A stretch of DNA of 64,000 nt from Bacilli bacterium (GCA_050949315.1 JBMNFL010000001.1:704001-768000), one strand, 5' to 3'. Positions 19,390 through 29,384 are shown, counted from the first letter of the stretch. Made by a program: numbers and translations. The notes: generated by a model not told the origin, from the sequence alone.

Positions 19390-20910
19390 TTAAATTAACT
19401 TTTTTAAACCTTCTTTAGTCAATTCATAAATGGTATCGGCAACTTCTTCAATATATTTACGATCATGGCTAACCGAAATGATAGCGCCACGATAATTTTT
19501 TAATATTTTTCTAATAATAGGATTTGATAAGGGAGATAAATTTCTCGTCGGTTCATCTAAAACTAAAACATTCGCTTGTGAAAGCACTAAAGCAATAAGC
19601 GCTAATTTTGCCCGCTGACCGCCACTTAAATTAGCAATTTTGCTGTCCATCTCCTCTTTTAAAAATTTACATGCCCCTAAATATTGGTGAATTTTAGTGA
19701 TGGTTTCTTTTTCTTGACCCATCATGGCACTTAAATACTGTGTTGGCGTATAATTTTCAGCCAAAAGTTCATTGTAATTTTGAGGCATGTAAGCCACTAT
19801 AATCCCTGGGGTATAACTGAGTACCTTCAATAATTTATAAATTAATGTTGTTTTCCCAACACCGTTGTCACCAATAATAACAACCTTTTCTGGACCATAT
19901 AAACTGAATTCTACATTTTCACATAATTCTCTTTCGCCAATAGACATGCCTATACTTACAAATTCTATTACCCGCTTTTTAGGTGGAATTTTTTCAACAG
20001 GATCAAAAAAGATGTTAATCGCTTCTTCGCTTTCAATCTTCTCTGTTGGCTTATTCTTTTCCAATCTTTTTTCCTGGGCTTTAATATTACGCATTTTCTT
20101 AGCTAGTAGACGCCCAACGGTTGGTGAACGAACCGCCTGATTTAATTCAAATTCAACTCTACTATGAAGTCTTCTTAAAATCTCTTGTTTTTTCTGCCTT
20201 TCTTTTTGCTCTTTGGCCGATAATTTATTTTGCCTATCAATATACAAAGAGCGTTTTTCTAAATACTGACGATAGGTGCAGGAAGCAAATACTGTTTTTG
20301 CTTTTTGCTTTCTTTTTAGTTGCTCTAAATGAATGATGGCGTTGGCTGTATTTTCTAATAAAGTTTCATCATGCGACACGAAAATAACGCCACCTTTAAA
20401 ATCTTTAATAAACTCTTCTAACCAGATTAAAGTTCTTAAATCTAAATCGTTAGTTGGTTCATCTAAAATTATTAGACTTGGTTCTTGCAAAAGAAGTTTA
20501 ATTATCTGGACTTTTATTTTTTCCCCACCACTTAAAAGACCAATTTGTTGATTGATCTCTAATGGTTCTTTAGCCAAATTAAAATAAGACCATAAATAAT
20601 AAAAATCAGCGAATTTATCGTTACAAATTTTGCTTTGTTCAAAAAAACCTTTGATACTTAATTTTTCTTCTTCTTTATTTAAAAATTGTTTTAAATAGCC
20701 GATTCTTTCGCCCTTGTTTTCAATTTCTCCTTCAAAGGACAAGTAATCATCTACTTTTTCGCCGGCCAAAATTTTTAGAAGACTACTTTTCCCATTACCC
20801 TCTTCTCCAATAACAGCAATGCGATCGCCTTCATTAAGAACAAACGACAGATTCTCAACAAGGGTTTTGCCATTTAATTTTTGAATTTTTAAATTGCTTA
20901 CTCTTAACAT
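19390..20910 (-). CDS. ABC-F family ribosome-associated ATPase
   Basis: Two NBDs (GEEGNGKS/LSGGE/LDEPTNDLD/SHD and GDNGVGKT/LSGGQ/LDEPT/SHDR), a basic helical linker and no TM segments. Confidence 0.9.
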   Translation of the reverse strand: MLRVSNLKIQKLNGKTLVENLSFVLNEGDRIAVIGEEGNGKSSLLKILAGEKVDDYLSFEGEIENKGERIGYLKQFLNKEEEKLSIKGFFEQSKICNDKFADFYYLWSYFNLAKEPLEINQQIGLLSGGEKIKVQIIKLLLQEPSLIILDEPTNDLDLRTLIWLEEFIKDFKGGVIFVSHDETLLENTANAIIHLEQLKRKQKAKTVFASCTYRQYLEKRSLYIDRQNKLSAKEQKERQKKQEILRRLHSRVEFELNQAVRSPTVGRLLAKKMRNIKAQEKRLEKNKPTEKIESEEAINIFFDPVEKIPPKKRVIEFVSIGMSIGERELCENVEFSLYGPEKVVIIGDNGVGKTTLIYKLLKVLSYTPGIIVAYMPQNYNELLAENYTPTQYLSAMMGQEKETITKIHQYLGACKFLKEEMDSKIANLSGGQRAKLALIALVLSQANVLVLDEPTRNLSPLSNPIIRKILKNYRGAIISVSHDRKYIEEVADTIYELTKEGLKKLI

Positions 20911-20921
20911 TTCTTTTCCTC

Positions 20922-21395
20922 TTATTTATGGTATTTTTCGTTATTGATAATTTTAAAACTACGATAAAGTTGTTCTAAGAGTATTACCCGAAATAATTGA
21001 TGAGGGAAAGTTAAATTAGAAAAACTCATTATTAAATCAGCGCGTTGTTTAACTGCTTGACTGACACCATAAGAACCTCCAACAATAAAAACAATAGTGG
21101 AAGTTTTAATAAAGATTTGTTCAATTTGTTTAGCCAGCTCTAAAGAATTTAATTTTTGTCCTTCTAAATCTAATAAAACTACTTGTTCATTGGCCTTGAT
21201 TTTTTTAAGTATTCTTTGCCCTTCTTCGTCCTTGGCTTTTTCAAGATAAGCTCCTGTTTCGCTAGAAACTTTTGCTTCATCAATTTCAATTATTTGAACT
21301 TTTGTATATTTTGAAAGACGCAAAGCATATTCGTTGCTAGCTTCTTTCCAATATTTTTCCTTTAAATTACCAACGGCTATGATTTTTATTTCCAT
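20922..21395 (-). CDS. rlmH: 23S rRNA pseudouridine(1915)-N3 methyltransferase
   Basis: Motifs IIAVGNLKEKY, FIVGGSYG, TFPHQLFRVILLEQLYR and YHK. Confidence 0.96.
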   Translation of the reverse strand: MEIKIIAVGNLKEKYWKEASNEYALRLSKYTKVQIIEIDEAKVSSETGAYLEKAKDEEGQRILKKIKANEQVVLLDLEGQKLNSLELAKQIEQIFIKTSTIVFIVGGSYGVSQAVKQRADLIMSFSNLTFPHQLFRVILLEQLYRSFKIINNEKYHK

Positions 21396-22693
21396 AATGA
21401 GGCCGTCACTAAATTATAAGTTTTTGTGATCCCATTAGCATCTTTGGTTGTAATAATTAAAGTATCGCTTAACTCTATTTGATACAACAAAGAACTCAGG
21501 GAAGCTAAATTAATGATTTCGTGCTCTATTCCATTAATATTTAGTTTAATAATAACCTCTGCCGATTTCATCCCTGCTTCTTCTGCAGCTCCGCCACTTG
21601 CGACGCCATCTTGAGAAGCGATGCCATGCAACTCTGAAACAATATATAATCCCCGAGTGACTCCGTATGTGGCACTCCACTCATAATTTAATAAAGAATC
21701 AAAATTTGTAACCGTTACTCCAACTACTGGTTTTTTATAAGAGCCCTTTTCAATAATTTCTTGACTGACATTTTTTACAATATTGCCTTCAATAGCAAAA
21801 GAAAGAGATTCATACTTACCTTCACTTTCACTATAACGGTAGGCGTTCATACCGATAACTTCACCAGCAGCATTCAAAACTGGTCCTCCCTCCATTCCGC
21901 CATTAATCGGCGCATCAAATTGGAAAGACGGCAAACTTAAAAAATCAGCACTATAAGTCGTTCCATTGTAAGTTGATTGATATTTAACTGATGATAAACG
22001 ATTTTGACCAGAAACATAGCCAGAAACATAGGTGTTAAACAAAGTCCCCGATCCCAATACTGGTGTTCCAATTGAAGAGACAGGATCCCCAATTGATAAA
22101 GTTTGTGAGTCCCCCCAGGTTAAAACCTCATAATCACAGGGTGAATCAAATTTAAAAACCGCGACATCAATATCATCATTAAAACCAACTAAAAGGCCCA
22201 TGTATCGATTACCATCGGCCATAATAAATTCAAAATCGCCCTCACGAACCACCGTTGTGTCTTTTTCAATATCAAAGCCCATCGGTGAAATGGATTTAAT
22301 ATAACGATAAAAAATGCCAGAGGCGCTAGTTGTGACATAATAGGTATAGGTTTCACTATCTTTTGCCTCTTTATCAATAATAAAACCTGAGGTCATCATT
22401 AAATATTCCTGATTACTAACAGTATAACAAGCTGAAATAATTATGGTGGATTCTGACACTTGGTTGTAAACAGTCTTGCTACGTCTGCTCATTCTTGCAA
22501 ACGAAGAAACCGAGGTTGTTGCCCCTTGTGTAACCGAGGCCACATCGCAAATCGTAACCGTTCCATCACTGTTTTGGGTAGTTGTGCTGCCCGAAGACGA
22601 AGTATAACTACCAAAGAAAGAATTACAGCCTGTAAAAATTAATAACCCAAGACTGATGAATAATAATTTTAAAACTTTTCGATGTTTTTTCAT
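21386..22693 (-). CDS. HtrA-like trypsin/PDZ lipoprotein, predicted catalytically dead
   Basis: Lipobox FTGC and trypsin scaffold (SGFII, DVAVFK, IGTP, FDAPIN, GGPVLNAAGEVIGMN), but TSASG replaces TNxH and GMEGGP replaces GNSGGP; PDZ-like C-terminus. Confidence 0.82.
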   Translation of the reverse strand: MKKHRKVLKLLFISLGLLIFTGCNSFFGSYTSSSGSTTTQNSDGTVTICDVASVTQGATTSVSSFARMSRRSKTVYNQVSESTIIISACYTVSNQEYLMMTSGFIIDKEAKDSETYTYYVTTSASGIFYRYIKSISPMGFDIEKDTTVVREGDFEFIMADGNRYMGLLVGFNDDIDVAVFKFDSPCDYEVLTWGDSQTLSIGDPVSSIGTPVLGSGTLFNTYVSGYVSGQNRLSSVKYQSTYNGTTYSADFLSLPSFQFDAPINGGMEGGPVLNAAGEVIGMNAYRYSESEGKYESLSFAIEGNIVKNVSQEIIEKGSYKKPVVGVTVTNFDSLLNYEWSATYGVTRGLYIVSELHGIASQDGVASGGAAEEAGMKSAEVIIKLNINGIEHEIINLASLSSLLYQIELSDTLIITTKDANGITKTYNLVTASLWK

Positions 22694-22698
22694 TTTAT

Positions 22699-23847
22699 CT
22701 ACCCCCGATATTTTATAAGATTGACATTCTTTTCAATCTCGCTATAACCATTGTTATATTCTAATATTTTAAGTTTAACGCTTTCATTTGGTTGACATTC
22801 ATAAAGCACGCGGCGTAAGTCAACTGTTGATTTTACTGGATAACCTTTTATTTCTTTAATAATTGAGTAATCATTGCAACCCAAGACTGAATCGCTGCTT
22901 TGGCTAATAACAAGCACACCCTGATTTGTGGTAATACCATATTTTTGACGCAAAGCATAATTGGTCAAGGCAACTGATTGGTAACGATTATTTGAACTTA
23001 AATCTGCTGGTTCAAAAACGCCGTTTTTCACGTTTTCTACAAAACTATTACGAATCTTTTCGGCCACTAAATACATGTCGTGAATTGGCAAAGCAAAATT
23101 TAGCCCCTCTGTATCATTGTTGTCCCCTGAGGAAAAATATAATTTCAGAGTATTAACTCCAATTACTTCCCCCGCCGCATTAAACAGCGGTCCGCCAGAG
23201 TTGCCTGAATTAATAGCTAAATCTATTTGAATCCCATGTTTTTCTTTTTGGATGCTTTCAACTGCCTCATTACCGATTACTCGATTGATCCCCGCAACCA
23301 CACCAACTGATAGGCTGTTATAAAATTGCGTTTGTCCTGGTGTTCCAACAGCAAAAGTTGCTTCTCCAACCTCTGGGTTAGCAAATAGACTTCGCTCTCC
23401 TAAATTTAAAACCTTGACCCCTGCTGGTGTTCTGCTTTTTTCAACTCTAAGAACCGCTACATCTTGATTGGCGTTTTGACCTAAAACCTTGACTTGAACT
23501 AAAGCTCGATTATAAAAAACAACACGTACTGCAACACTTTTATCTATTACATGCTGGTTGGTTATCAAATAATAATAGCTCTCATCTTCGTGATAAATAA
23601 AACCGCTACCAGAACTTGTTAAAACCTCCACACCATTGTAAATGGTATAGTTATAGACAACAACTGTTCCTTTCAACACATCCTGGTAAACATCTCGATA
23701 GGAAGAAGTTAATTGTTGAAGCGCTAAATCCTGACTTTCTTTTTTTGGCACTTCTTGGGCATCTTTCTTTCTAGAACAGGCTAAAAAAGAGCAAGTTAAA
23801 AGAGAGATTAAAACGAGAACCCAAAAGTTTTTTTTCATTTTATTCAT
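22699..23847 (-). CDS. htrA: HtrA/DegP-family serine protease lipoprotein (HtrC position)
   Basis: Lipobox FLAC, intact triad TNQHV / DVAVL / GNSGGP, PDZ-like tail; follows walJ. Confidence 0.88.
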   Translation of the reverse strand: MNKMKKNFWVLVLISLLTCSFLACSRKKDAQEVPKKESQDLALQQLTSSYRDVYQDVLKGTVVVYNYTIYNGVEVLTSSGSGFIYHEDESYYYLITNQHVIDKSVAVRVVFYNRALVQVKVLGQNANQDVAVLRVEKSRTPAGVKVLNLGERSLFANPEVGEATFAVGTPGQTQFYNSLSVGVVAGINRVIGNEAVESIQKEKHGIQIDLAINSGNSGGPLFNAAGEVIGVNTLKLYFSSGDNNDTEGLNFALPIHDMYLVAEKIRNSFVENVKNGVFEPADLSSNNRYQSVALTNYALRQKYGITTNQGVLVISQSSDSVLGCNDYSIIKEIKGYPVKSTVDLRRVLYECQPNESVKLKILEYNNGYSEIEKNVNLIKYRG

Positions 23848-24592
23848 CAAAACTTCCTCCTTTTGTTATGTCATAGCGTTTTGCCACTTGAAGTTTTATT
23901 TTTTTAAGATCAAAGCCCTTATCAATAAGAATTTTAGAAACCGTTTTTACTGCTTTTTGAGGGGTATTTGCATCCTCGCTCAAATGAGATAAAGTAATAC
24001 TTTTTGTTAAATCACCGATTACTAGACTCAACATCTCGCCACAATCTTCATTTGATAGATGCCCTGAATCCGATAAAATTCGCCGTTTTAAATAAAAACT
24101 ACGATCTGTTCTCAAAAGCATTTCCACATCATGGTTGCTTTCAAAAATATAATGGGTGGCATTAACTAAAAAGGGCTGCACCTTACTACTAATATAACCG
24201 GTATCGGTTAAATAGACCAAACTTTCCTCCCCGTCATCAAAAACATAGCCAACTCCATTTTGTACATCATGAGATATGGGAATAGGGAAAATTTTAATTC
24301 CCTTAAACTCTAACATTCTAAAAGGCTCAACAAAATTACATCGCCGTGGATATAGTGTTTCCTTTGTCGCATAAACCTTTTCTAAATCTACATGTTTTAT
24401 AGCTTTAATATGATCTGAATGCTCGTGTGTAATAAAAATCGCATCGATATCATCAAGCTTATAGCCTAGGGTTTTTAATTTTCTTCTTAACTCAAGAATT
24501 CCTAAACCAACATCCACTAAAATTGTTGCTTGTTTGAATTCAATAAGCGTAGCATTACCATAAGATCCACTTGCTAGTAGATAAAAGCGCAC
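23840..24592 (-). CDS. walJ: MBL-fold metallo-hydrolase YycJ/WalJ
   Basis: Motifs LASGSYGN, THEHSDH, SHD, TDTG, ESNHD, GHLSN and HLS. Confidence 0.88.
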   Translation of the reverse strand: MRFYLLASGSYGNATLIEFKQATILVDVGLGILELRRKLKTLGYKLDDIDAIFITHEHSDHIKAIKHVDLEKVYATKETLYPRRCNFVEPFRMLEFKGIKIFPIPISHDVQNGVGYVFDDGEESLVYLTDTGYISSKVQPFLVNATHYIFESNHDVEMLLRTDRSFYLKRRILSDSGHLSNEDCGEMLSLVIGDLTKSITLSHLSEDANTPQKAVKTVSKILIDKGFDLKKIKLQVAKRYDITKGGSFDE

Positions 24593-25956
24593 TATTTGTC
24601 TCCTTCTCTACGTAACGAGTATTGATTGGTTCCTGTAAACCTTGAATGGCTTTTCGAAAAAACAAGATCTATTTTGCCTCGAGCACCTTGGCGGTGTTTA
24701 TCAATAATTAACTCTACCGGTACATTATCATCAGTAACTTCTTCATCGCCTTTTTTATAATAATCTTCACGGTAGATGAACATAACAATATCCGCGTCTT
24801 GTTCAATTGCTCCCGATTCTCTTAAATCTGACAGATTGGGACGAACGCCTATGTTTGACTTTCCCATCCTTTTCTCAACATCCCGCGATAATTGAGCTAA
24901 AGCAATGACTGGAACTTTTAGTTCCCGCGCTAAAGCTTTTAGGCCTCTAGATATTTGGGCAACTTCCTGTTGACGGCTTTCGTTTTTGCCACCAATTGAT
25001 AGTAAATTTAAATAGTCAATGATAATAAGGCAAAGATCATTGCTTGATGTTTTTAATTTACGAGCTTTATCTTGAACATCTAAAAGTTTGAGTCCCGGTG
25101 TGTCATCGATAAAGATTTTTAATTTTGATAAATCTTTAGCTGCTGTCTGGAACTTCAAAAGATCTCTACTATCAAAATTTAAACTTTTAAGTTTGTCGTT
25201 AGCGATTAAACCACAAGCAGCAATCATTCTTTGAATCATATGTTCGGCCGGCATTTCTAAACTGAAAAAGCCCACTGTTTTTCCGGTTTTTTTAGCAGTG
25301 TTATAAGCAAAGTTTAAGGCCAAAGCCGATTTTCCTACCCCTGGCCTTGCCGCCAAAATAATTAAATCTCCTGGTTGCCATCCTTGAATAATGCTGTTTA
25401 AAGCTGGGTAACCCGTGTCCGCACCAGTAATTCCTGAATATGTATTTTTGGATATTTTTTCCGATAATCTGTTAATCACATCTTCTGCGGTTTGAAAGCC
25501 GCCAATATGTCGACTGCGGGTAATAATCAATGTTTCTTGTTCAATTGTGTTCAAATATTCATTAACATCTCCCTTGCTTTTTTGATTAAAATCGTTATAA
25601 GTTTGTTCTAAAAATTTAGCAAAGCGGCGGAGGTTGGTCTTGTCTTTCAAAACATCAATATAATACTGGGTGTTATTAATCACCACGTTTTCCGTAATAT
25701 CAACAAGGGTTGGTACTCCGCCAATTTCCTCTAAACACTTCATGTCATCGAGTTCATTGGTTAATGTCGTTATATCAACCGCGATATTACGATTATAAAT
25801 GTTTTGAATGGCTTTATAAATTTTTTGATATTTAGGATTGTAAAAATCATCGTCATAAAGAGTAGTCACCCCAATAATGACCGCGTCTCCATCCATAATC
25901 ATTGAGCCCAAAACAGCGCGTTCGGCTTGTTCGCTATAAGGATATTCTAATGCCAT
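24592..25956 (-). CDS. dnaB: Replicative DNA helicase
   Basis: Motifs AARPGVGKS, FSLEM, IDYL, AQLSR and SDLRESGAIEQDAD. Confidence 0.97.
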   Translation of the reverse strand: MALEYPYSEQAERAVLGSMIMDGDAVIIGVTTLYDDDFYNPKYQKIYKAIQNIYNRNIAVDITTLTNELDDMKCLEEIGGVPTLVDITENVVINNTQYYIDVLKDKTNLRRFAKFLEQTYNDFNQKSKGDVNEYLNTIEQETLIITRSRHIGGFQTAEDVINRLSEKISKNTYSGITGADTGYPALNSIIQGWQPGDLIILAARPGVGKSALALNFAYNTAKKTGKTVGFFSLEMPAEHMIQRMIAACGLIANDKLKSLNFDSRDLLKFQTAAKDLSKLKIFIDDTPGLKLLDVQDKARKLKTSSNDLCLIIIDYLNLLSIGGKNESRQQEVAQISRGLKALARELKVPVIALAQLSRDVEKRMGKSNIGVRPNLSDLRESGAIEQDADIVMFIYREDYYKKGDEEVTDDNVPVELIIDKHRQGARGKIDLVFSKSHSRFTGTNQYSLRREGDK

Positions 25957-25968
25957 ACTCTACCACCT

Positions 25969-26418
25969 TTACTCTTTGGCCCGCACATCAACTTTTATTT
26001 TGGCTACAACACCTTTGAATAATTCGTTTTCCAAAACTGTTGTTCCTAAAACTTTGATGCTGTTTTCACCAATAAATTTCTTTTTATCAACATCATAACC
26101 ATGTTGTTTTTTAATTTCATCACAGATTTGTCTGGCGGAAATTGCCCCAAACATCTTTCCTTCCTTCCCGGCTGTCGCATAAATAACAACAGTTGTTTCT
26201 TCTAGTTTGTTTTTTAATTCACCAGCCTCTTGTTTTGCTTGTTTATATCTTTCTTGTTCTTCTTGGTCTTGCTTGTTTTTAATCGCAATCCCTTTAGCCG
26301 AGGCGGGAACCGCCATTTTACGAGCTAGCAAAAAGTTGCGGGCGTAACCATCAGCGACTTTAACAATTTCGCCTTTTTTACCAACATTTTTTACATCCTG
26401 TAATAAGATTACTTCCAT
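25969..26418 (-). CDS. rplI: 50S ribosomal protein L9
   Basis: N-terminus [30 protein letters not shown]. Confidence 0.97.
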   Translation of the reverse strand: MEVILLQDVKNVGKKGEIVKVADGYARNFLLARKMAVPASAKGIAIKNKQDQEEQERYKQAKQEAGELKNKLEETTVVIYATAGKEGKMFGAISARQICDEIKKQHGYDVDKKKFIGENSIKVLGTTVLENELFKGVVAKIKVDVRAKE

Positions 26419-26513
26419 ACTTTTTTCTCCTTTCTAGCTAGTTAACAAGCGGATTCTTTTATATTTGATTTGTCCTTGTTTTTCGGTACATTATTAAATA
26501 AATGTTTCTTTTA

Positions 26514-28544
26514 TTAATACCCTGGTTCCTTCCAAGTTATATCATTGATATAAAGACCTAGAATTCTCTTAAGATCCGCTAAAACGTTTTCTATTTTTTC
26601 GTTACTTATTTGTGTGGCTGAAGCGCTATGATGTCCGCCACCACCCATTTTTTCCATAATCAATTGAACATTAACGGTGCCATTAGAGCGGGCGCTAATA
26701 CCTACCACTTTATCACTAATATTTCCAACAACAAAGACAGCGCGTACTCCCTTGACACTAATTAGTTCTTGACCAACTTTAGCTAGCATGGTCCTACCGA
26801 TGGCTTGATTGGTTGGCGCTGTTGCAATTATTATTCCAAAATAAGGGCTTTCTATCGTTGACATTATTTTGGTTTTTAGAACAAATTCTTCAAACTCATC
26901 CTTTAAATAACTGTCGGCAATTGAGTTGTCGGCCCCAAAATCTTTTAGGTTCATTGCAGCTTTAAAGGTCGCCGCCGATGTCCGCGCTTTAAAACCATTA
27001 GTGTCCATTAAAATTCCGGCTAACATGTAAGTTGCAACCTTTGGTGTGATTTTAACATCAACTTGGGTATTCATAATCATTTCTGTAACTAACTCAGAAG
27101 CTGAAGATGCGTTGGTGTCAATATGACTAAAAATTGGTTCATCAATGGCGTCTTCTGCCTTACGATGGTGATCAATAACCGCAACGTTTTTGGCAATTTC
27201 TAAAATTTTTGGCGCTGTTGTTATACTAGCTCTATTGACGTCAACAACTACTACCAAAGATTGTGAATTGATTCTTTCAATGGCTTTAGCTGGAGATAAA
27301 GAGAAAATATCCAATTCGTTTTTAGAAAACAGTTCCTTAAGCATCATGCGCGCTTTAACTTCAACCTGTTTCTCATCATAAACAATTACTGCTGGTCGAT
27401 TAGCGGCATTGGCGATCGCTACAATACCTAAGGCTGCTCCAATTGCATCAAAATCTGCTTCAGTATGAACTAGAATGTATATTGATTGATATGTTTGGAC
27501 GTGGGCAAAGAAAGATTGAGCCAAAACCTTATTTCGTACAGCGTTGCGCCGCATTTTGACTTCTGTTCCTGCACCCCCGAAGAATTCCATTCTTCCGCCA
27601 AAGTTGTTGACAACCACTTGTCCACCGCCTCGGCTTTGAGCAACATCAATGGCCGCTGCCGCAAGTTCTGATAATTTCGAAAAATTTTGAATTCCTCGAC
27701 CAAAACCTAAGGAGATAGTAAAGACAATGTCTCGATGAGAACTTAATTTACTAACATCGTTTATAATTTTAAATTCTCCATCCCGAATTTTGACGTAAGA
27801 TTCTTCAGACATTATTCCAAAATACGAATCTTCTTTAATCTTTTTGATAACAACATTAAATTCTTTGCTCCAATCAGCAATCGTTTTTCTAATTAAAGCC
27901 TCAATTTGTACATATTCATCGTCGGCCGCAATATTAGCCACATCAAGTAGATTATCAAGTAAAATCATCGTGAAAACTGGTGCTTCGTCTTTTCTTAACT
28001 TATAAAGATTATCCACCTCTGAAATGTCTTTAAAAATTAAAACATTTAATTCTGCTAACTGCATAACTTCATATATTCTTTGATTAACTTTTTCTCTTAA
28101 GGTTTCCGGGGCTTGCTTGCCATCACCATTTTCAAAAAAAGCCTTGAGATTAGGAAAGCGCTGATCAATAGTCAAACCTAAAACCTTGATTCCTCTTTCT
28201 GTAAAAATGTTAGAAGACCAGATTATTTCACGTTTATCATTGTAAATGATTAATCCCATTTCACCAAAAGAATATGCTTCTGAAATATCTGCACCTAAAG
28301 TGTTCGTGATTGTTATGTAATTCTTACGAACCGCTTTTTCAAAAGAACGAACAGAAAAGAAACCCGCATACATAGGAAGTATCATTAATAATCCAAGAAG
28401 GATAAAAACAAACGTATCGCTTTTGAAAAATGAATACTCATCACCTAACGTTCTATTAGCGGCAATATATACTCCAACTAAAACGATTTCGATAATATAG
28501 ATTATTAACCATCTTATTTTTGAACCCTTTATTAGATCAAACAT
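26514..28544 (-). CDS. gdpP: c-di-AMP phosphodiesterase GdpP (2 TM, PAS, degenerate GGDEF, DHH/DHHA1)
   Basis: Motifs SRGGGQVVV, HTEADFDAIG, IDHHR, MDT, ISARS and GGGGH; canonical gdpP-rplI-dnaB gene order. Confidence 0.92.
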   Translation of the reverse strand: MFDLIKGSKIRWLIIYIIEIVLVGVYIAANRTLGDEYSFFKSDTFVFILLGLLMILPMYAGFFSVRSFEKAVRKNYITITNTLGADISEAYSFGEMGLIIYNDKREIIWSSNIFTERGIKVLGLTIDQRFPNLKAFFENGDGKQAPETLREKVNQRIYEVMQLAELNVLIFKDISEVDNLYKLRKDEAPVFTMILLDNLLDVANIAADDEYVQIEALIRKTIADWSKEFNVVIKKIKEDSYFGIMSEESYVKIRDGEFKIINDVSKLSSHRDIVFTISLGFGRGIQNFSKLSELAAAAIDVAQSRGGGQVVVNNFGGRMEFFGGAGTEVKMRRNAVRNKVLAQSFFAHVQTYQSIYILVHTEADFDAIGAALGIVAIANAANRPAVIVYDEKQVEVKARMMLKELFSKNELDIFSLSPAKAIERINSQSLVVVVDVNRASITTAPKILEIAKNVAVIDHHRKAEDAIDEPIFSHIDTNASSASELVTEMIMNTQVDVKITPKVATYMLAGILMDTNGFKARTSAATFKAAMNLKDFGADNSIADSYLKDEFEEFVLKTKIMSTIESPYFGIIIATAPTNQAIGRTMLAKVGQELISVKGVRAVFVVGNISDKVVGISARSNGTVNVQLIMEKMGGGGHHSASATQISNEKIENVLADLKRILGLYINDITWKEPGY

Positions 28545-28593
28545 AAATCATCCTCCACCATTTCAATGCTTTATTATAGTCTAAATAGAAAAA

Positions 28594-28617
28594 AATATCA
28601 CTAAAAATAGTGATATT
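28594..28617. repeat. Perfect 10-4-10 inverted repeat upstream of gdpP
   Basis: AATATCACTA-AAAA-TAGTGATATT; overlaps the predicted -35 of a minus-strand promoter whose -10 TATAAT is at 28573-28578. Confidence 0.6.
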
Positions 28618-28654
28618 CATCGATATTTAACAAAAGAAAGTTAAAAACACAAAC

Positions 28655-28680
28655 AAAAAAGCCTCGCTTATGCAAGGCTT
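28655..28680 (-). terminator. Intrinsic terminator after rpsR
   Basis: AAAAAAGCCTCGC-TTAT-GCAAGGCTT stem with a U tract on the minus strand. Confidence 0.7.
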
Positions 28681-28688
28681 TAATTCAA

Positions 28689-28916
28689 TTATTCAACAAC
28701 GTAGGGTAATAAGGCCATTTGTCGCGCTCTTTTAATAGCAACGGCTAGCATTCTTTGATACCTAGCGCTGGTGCCTGTTACTCTTCTTGGTGTAATTTTA
28801 CCATTGGCTGAGATGAAGTTCTTTAAAAGTTCAACATCTTTATAGTCAATATAAGTGATTTTGTTCTTTGTAAAATAACAAACCTTTCTACGTGGGCGTT
28901 GTTTTTTAAATGCCAT
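28689..28916 (-). CDS. rpsR: 30S ribosomal protein S18
   Basis: Motifs [22 protein letters not shown] and [13 protein letters not shown]. Confidence 0.98.
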   Translation of the reverse strand: MAFKKQRPRRKVCYFTKNKITYIDYKDVELLKNFISANGKITPRRVTGTSARYQRMLAVAIKRARQMALLPYVVE

Positions 28917-28929
28917 TTATTTTACCTCC

Positions 28930-29373
28930 TTAAAATGGTAGGTCATCTTCCGAGATGTCGATGCTTTCTTCATATTCTTTTGGACTTGAAAGTTCCTGTT
29001 TTTCATCTTCTCTACCGAAAGAATCGCGATTCTCTTGAGCGCTCTTGCTCTCAAGAATTTGAATATTATAGGCCGATATTTCGGTTACATATACTCTATT
29101 GCCATTCCGGTCTTCGTAATTTCTTGTTCTTACCCGACCTTCTAACCCGACTAACATGCCTTTTTTTAGATACTGTTCTACAAATTCGGCCAATTTATTA
29201 AAAGCAACACAAGGTATGAAGTCGGCCTTGTTTTCTTCTCCTTGTTGAGAGCTAGCAAAACGATTATCAACGGCAAGCGTGAAGGAAATTGCCGCATTTC
29301 CTGTCGTTTGCGAACGCCTTAATTCAAAGGGGTCGCGAGCTAAACGACCTACTAAGACAACATGATTTATCAT
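28930..29373 (-). CDS. ssb: Single-stranded DNA-binding protein
   Basis: Motifs MINHVVLVGRL, ADFIPCV and C-terminal DDLPF. Confidence 0.97.
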   Translation of the reverse strand: MINHVVLVGRLARDPFELRRSQTTGNAAISFTLAVDNRFASSQQGEENKADFIPCVAFNKLAEFVEQYLKKGMLVGLEGRVRTRNYEDRNGNRVYVTEISAYNIQILESKSAQENRDSFGREDEKQELSSPKEYEESIDISEDDLPF

Positions 29374-29384
29374 TTTTTATCCTC

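Noticed and set aside
10333-20940. Accessory-looking block downstream of rlmH (ABC-F, cad, hyd, crp-ABC) as an SCC-like island at the rlmH/orfX att site
   Set aside because: I saw no recombinase, integrase or transposase, no repeat of the rlmH 3' end, and no obvious compositional shift
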